A stretch of DNA of 64,000 nt from Clostridiaceae bacterium (GTDB lineage: Bacteria > Bacillota > Clostridia > Oscillospirales > Butyricicoccaceae), in NCBI GenBank assembly GCA_018383195.1, contig JAGZOP010000001.1:131153-195152 (forward strand), written 5' to 3'. Positions 61,088-64,000 of the stretch are shown here, piece after piece (positions within the stretch are counted from its first letter, which is position 1; every line of letters starts with the position of its first letter). The notes beneath the pieces were generated by a model that worked only from the letters and a program-made list of their open reading frames with translations, did not search any database and was not told where the DNA came from. A program made the translations under genes and the position numbers.

Positions 61088-62619
61088 TTGTCGATGACGA
61101 CGCACTTGTGCGCATGTTTTTGAAGCAAATTGTCCCTTGGGAGGATCGCGGGTATACCATTGTCGGGGATGCGCGCGACGGAGAAGAGGCGCTTGAAAAA
61201 ATTGAAGAGCTGCATCCCGATATCCTGCTGACCGACATGAGCATGTCGGGAATGGACGGCGTAGAGCTGATTCAGCGCGCCAAAGCAGATGGGTTCGACG
61301 GCGGGGTGGTGGTTCTGAGCTGCCATGAGGATTTTTCCTATGTCAAAACTGCGATGCAGCTTGGCGCGGATGAATATCTGCTGAAAAATCACCTGAACGG
61401 CCCAGATCTGCTGCGCGTGATGGATACCGTTCGGGACAAACTGGAAAGCCGCCGTGCCGAGCGCGGTCAGCTTCGTGCCTATGCCAGAAAAGGGCTGCGC
61501 GCCATGCAGCACGAGCTGCTTGAAACGCTGCTCGCACAGGAAAATCTGCCGTTCGACCGACAGCTTTCCATGACCAGAGATGCCGGACTGCACGGAAACT
61601 ATTACCGCTGTGCCGTCTTGCTTGCCCGGCTTCCGGGCGCCGCAGCCGAGCAAACCGCACGTTTTTTGGAGCTGTGCGGACAGTTTGCCGCCAAGCATCA
61701 CGCCGAAGCGGTACGCTGCCGCAAAGAGGACTGCGCACTGCTTATCGACCTCAGTGATCTCCCCGCTGTAAGTGTGCAGCGCGAAACCATCAGCCAGCTT
61801 GCTTCGGTCGTAGCAAGCTATGCGTGGCGTTATCTTGGATTACCGGTCTCCGTGGGCATCAGCAGCATCCACGAGGGAAGCGGCGCTCTCAGCGCCGCAC
61901 TGCGGCAGGCAAGCGAAGCGGTTATCACTGCTTTCTATAAAGACGGCACCTACTGGTACGGTGAGGATTCCGCTTCTCTCACAGACAAACTCCCCCCCGC
62001 TGCGCAAATCTTTGAGCAGCAGGTCGGCGAATGGGTCGCGTGCGGCGATGCTGCACAAACCGAAGCCGCTTACCGCGCAGCGCTCGAAGCCATCGGGCGC
62101 GCACGGGTGCAGCCCGGTTTGGTGCTGTATTGGCTGCGCCGCTGTGACCTCAGCGCAGGAACGCAGCGCGAAGAAAAGGATTACGCTGTCCTGCACAGTT
62201 TTTCCGATTATCTGCCGCTTGGTGCGGCTTATACGGCACGCGCCCGTCTTTGCGGACGGGACGGGCTCCCCGATGAAATCTCCCCGGCAATCGCTGCGGC
62301 GGTGCGCTTCATCCGTTCTCACTTTTCCGAGCAGCTCACACTCGCACAAACCGCAGAACAGGCAGGTCTCACGCAGAATTATTTTTCCTCTCTGTTCAAA
62401 CAGGAAATCGGGATGGGCTTTTCCTCTTATCTCACCGATTGCCGTCTCAAGTATGTCTGCCGACGCCTGACCCAAAGTTCAGATATCATCAAGCAAATTG
62501 CAGCCGACGCCGGATTTCTGGACTACCAACACTTCTGCCGCACTTTCAAAAAGCATCTCGGCGTCAGTCCCGCCGAATTTCGAAAATCAGAAAATCCGTC
62601 AACCGAAATCGTAAAATAA
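61072..62619 (+). CDS. Response regulator with AraC-type HTH output (YesN-like)
   Basis: 515 aa. It has a receiver domain (ILIVDDDALVRMFL...LLTDMSMSGMDG) and a C-terminal AraC HTH (QNYFSSLFKQEIGMGF...). Confidence 0.85.
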   Translation: MAGILIVDDDALVRMFLKQIVPWEDRGYTIVGDARDGEEALEKIEELHPDILLTDMSMSGMDGVELIQRAKADGFDGGVVVLSCHEDFSYVKTAMQLGADEYLLKNHLNGPDLLRVMDTVRDKLESRRAERGQLRAYARKGLRAMQHELLETLLAQENLPFDRQLSMTRDAGLHGNYYRCAVLLARLPGAAAEQTARFLELCGQFAAKHHAEAVRCRKEDCALLIDLSDLPAVSVQRETISQLASVVASYAWRYLGLPVSVGISSIHEGSGALSAALRQASEAVITAFYKDGTYWYGEDSASLTDKLPPAAQIFEQQVGEWVACGDAAQTEAAYRAALEAIGRARVQPGLVLYWLRRCDLSAGTQREEKDYAVLHSFSDYLPLGAAYTARARLCGRDGLPDEISPAIAAAVRFIRSHFSEQLTLAQTAEQAGLTQNYFSSLFKQEIGMGFSSYLTDCRLKYVCRRLTQSSDIIKQIAADAGFLDYQHFCRTFKKHLGVSPAEFRKSENPSTEIVK

Positions 62620-62809
62620 ATCAACTCCGCACGCACTCCGCGCCGTTTGTCCGATACAACCGGCTGCGGGGTGCATTTTTTTCGCATATCTTCTGTGCGT
62701 AATCTGAGAAAACGTCAATTTTTCGTTAAAATGTCCCGCTCGAAAAACGACATCAGGTGCGCTATACTGACATCAGTTCAAAACAAGAAAAAAGAAAAGG
62801 GGTAAAAAC

Positions 62810-64000
62810 ATGCTTTGGACAATCGCAACCTTCATCGGCTTTACGATTCTCGTTGCGGTCATCTCTTATGTCAAGACCAAGGGCGATGACCAATCGACTG
62901 CCGATGGCTACTTCCTCGCAGGACGCGGCCTTCCGGGCTTCGTTATTGCAGGCTCTCTGCTGCTGACCAACCTGTCGGCAGAACAGCTTGTCGGCACCAA
63001 CGGTCAGACCTGGGCAGTAGGTATGAGCCCGATGGCGTTCGAGATCGTTGCAGCACCCTGCTGTATCGCACTTGCGCTGTTTGCTGCGCCGCGCTACTTA
63101 AAGAGCGGCATCACCACCATCCCGGAGCTGATCGGTCTGCGCTATGACCGCAGCACCAAACTCTGGTTCTCGATTGCGTACATTGTGCTGTATATCGTCG
63201 TACAGATTCCGGTTATCCTGTATTCCGGCTCTCTGGTGTTTGAAAACATCTTCGGCGTATCGCAGATGCTCGGCGTAACCAAGTTCCAGGCAGTCATCAT
63301 TCTTTGCATTATCATCAGCATTATCGGTTCGATCTACGCGATCTTTGGCGGCTTGAAGGCTGTTGCAGTGTCGGATACTGTCAACGGCGTTGGCCTGCTG
63401 ATCGGCGGCTTTATGATTCCGTTCTTTGCTCTGCACGTACTGGGCGACGCAGCCGGCGGCGCAGGCATCATCGACGGCATGAAGTACCTGATTGAAAACC
63501 ACTCCGACATGCTCAACTCCATTGCACCTGCGGATGCGCTGCCGCCGTCCGTTCCGTGGCCGACCGTATTCACCGGTTTGCTCTTCCTCGGCTTGCAGTC
63601 CTGGTGCACCCACCAGTCGTTTATCCAGCGCGTTCTTGCTGCAAAGAACCTCAAGGAAGCGCAGAAGGGTGCTCTGTACTGTGCATTCCTGAAAATTATC
63701 GGCTTTATGTATCTGGCTCTGCCGGGTGTTATCGCGTTCGCACTGTTCCAGATTCAGGGCGATCAGGTTTCCATGATGGACGAAGCATATCCGCAGCTCG
63801 TCGCACAGGTTGTTCCGGCTCCGCTCATGGGCTTCTTCGCAGCCGTCATGCTGGGCGCAATCCTGTCCTCCTTCAACTCGGTGCTGAACTCGGTAGACAC
63901 CATGTTCACCATGGACATCTACAAGGAGTTCATTGACAAGAACGCTTCGGAAGAAAAGCTCGTCAGCGTGGGCAAGAAGATCGGCATCGTATTTGCCATC
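62810..64000 (+). CDS. Sodium:solute symporter (SSS family), 5' portion; continues past the window end
   Basis: It starts MLWTIATFIGFTILVAVISYVKTKGDDQSTADGYFLAGRGL, which is an SSS N-terminus, and runs at least 397 codons open to the window edge. It is not in the ORF track because no stop falls inside the window. Confidence 0.8.
   Translation, partial: MLWTIATFIGFTILVAVISYVKTKGDDQSTADGYFLAGRGLPGFVIAGSLLLTNLSAEQLVGTNGQTWAVGMSPMAFEIVAAPCCIALALFAAPRYLKSGITTIPELIGLRYDRSTKLWFSIAYIVLYIVVQIPVILYSGSLVFENIFGVSQMLGVTKFQAVIILCIIISIIGSIYAIFGGLKAVAVSDTVNGVGLLIGGFMIPFFALHVLGDAAGGAGIIDGMKYLIENHSDMLNSIAPADALPPSVPWPTVFTGLLFLGLQSWCTHQSFIQRVLAAKNLKEAQKGALYCAFLKIIGFMYLALPGVIAFALFQIQGDQVSMMDEAYPQLVAQVVPAPLMGFFAAVMLGAILSSFNSVLNSVDTMFTMDIYKEFIDKNASEEKLVSVGKKIGIVFAI

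Overview
This is a 64-kb chromosomal segment from a high-GC (about 58-60%), endospore-forming Firmicute. The sporulation genes present (spo0A, spoIVB, spoIIP, gpr, gerA/C/B) together with the GC content fit a Clostridia lineage such as Oscillospiraceae or Ruminococcaceae; that taxon is an inference. Between 1 and 23.7 kb every gene is on the minus strand, and gene density is high. The content is mostly core housekeeping (topA, dprA, lysS, greA, ftsEX plus M23 and S41 peptidases, an ACT/hom/thrB/lysC threonine operon, ftsH, hpt, tilS, dnaB, rplI, gdpP, rpsT, lepA, hemW, glgP) mixed with sporulation and germination genes and several sensory modules (BlaI/BlaR1-like, AraC, and a histidine kinase / binding protein / response regulator-AraC set). 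I found no rRNA, tRNA, CRISPR array or obvious transposase. The accessory-looking material is: a roughly 0.75-kb AT-rich islet carrying a YcxB-like gene (an XRE/membrane-protein pair lies immediately downstream); a UPF0237/UPF0210 gene pair whose 3' end is followed by 2.25 tandem 149-bp repeats that each re-encode the last ten codons of the gene; a frameshift-prone 14-bp x3 microsatellite inside the 5' end of hemW, with a decayed copy of the same 5' segment about 32 kb away; a P-type-ATPase-like membrane protein whose catalytic motifs look degenerate and whose N-terminus is repeat-rich and disordered; a LysRS fused to a tRNA-binding domain; an FtsE with a long acidic tail; a standalone DprA-like SLOG mini-protein; and a structured 5' leader with an anti-Shine-Dalgarno element upstream of an NSS transporter. 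Coordinates for CDS follow the supplied ORF track; where the track ORF started at an in-frame upstream codon I trimmed to the start I consider more likely and say so in the evidence. All function calls come from reading the protein sequences by eye; no database search was run.
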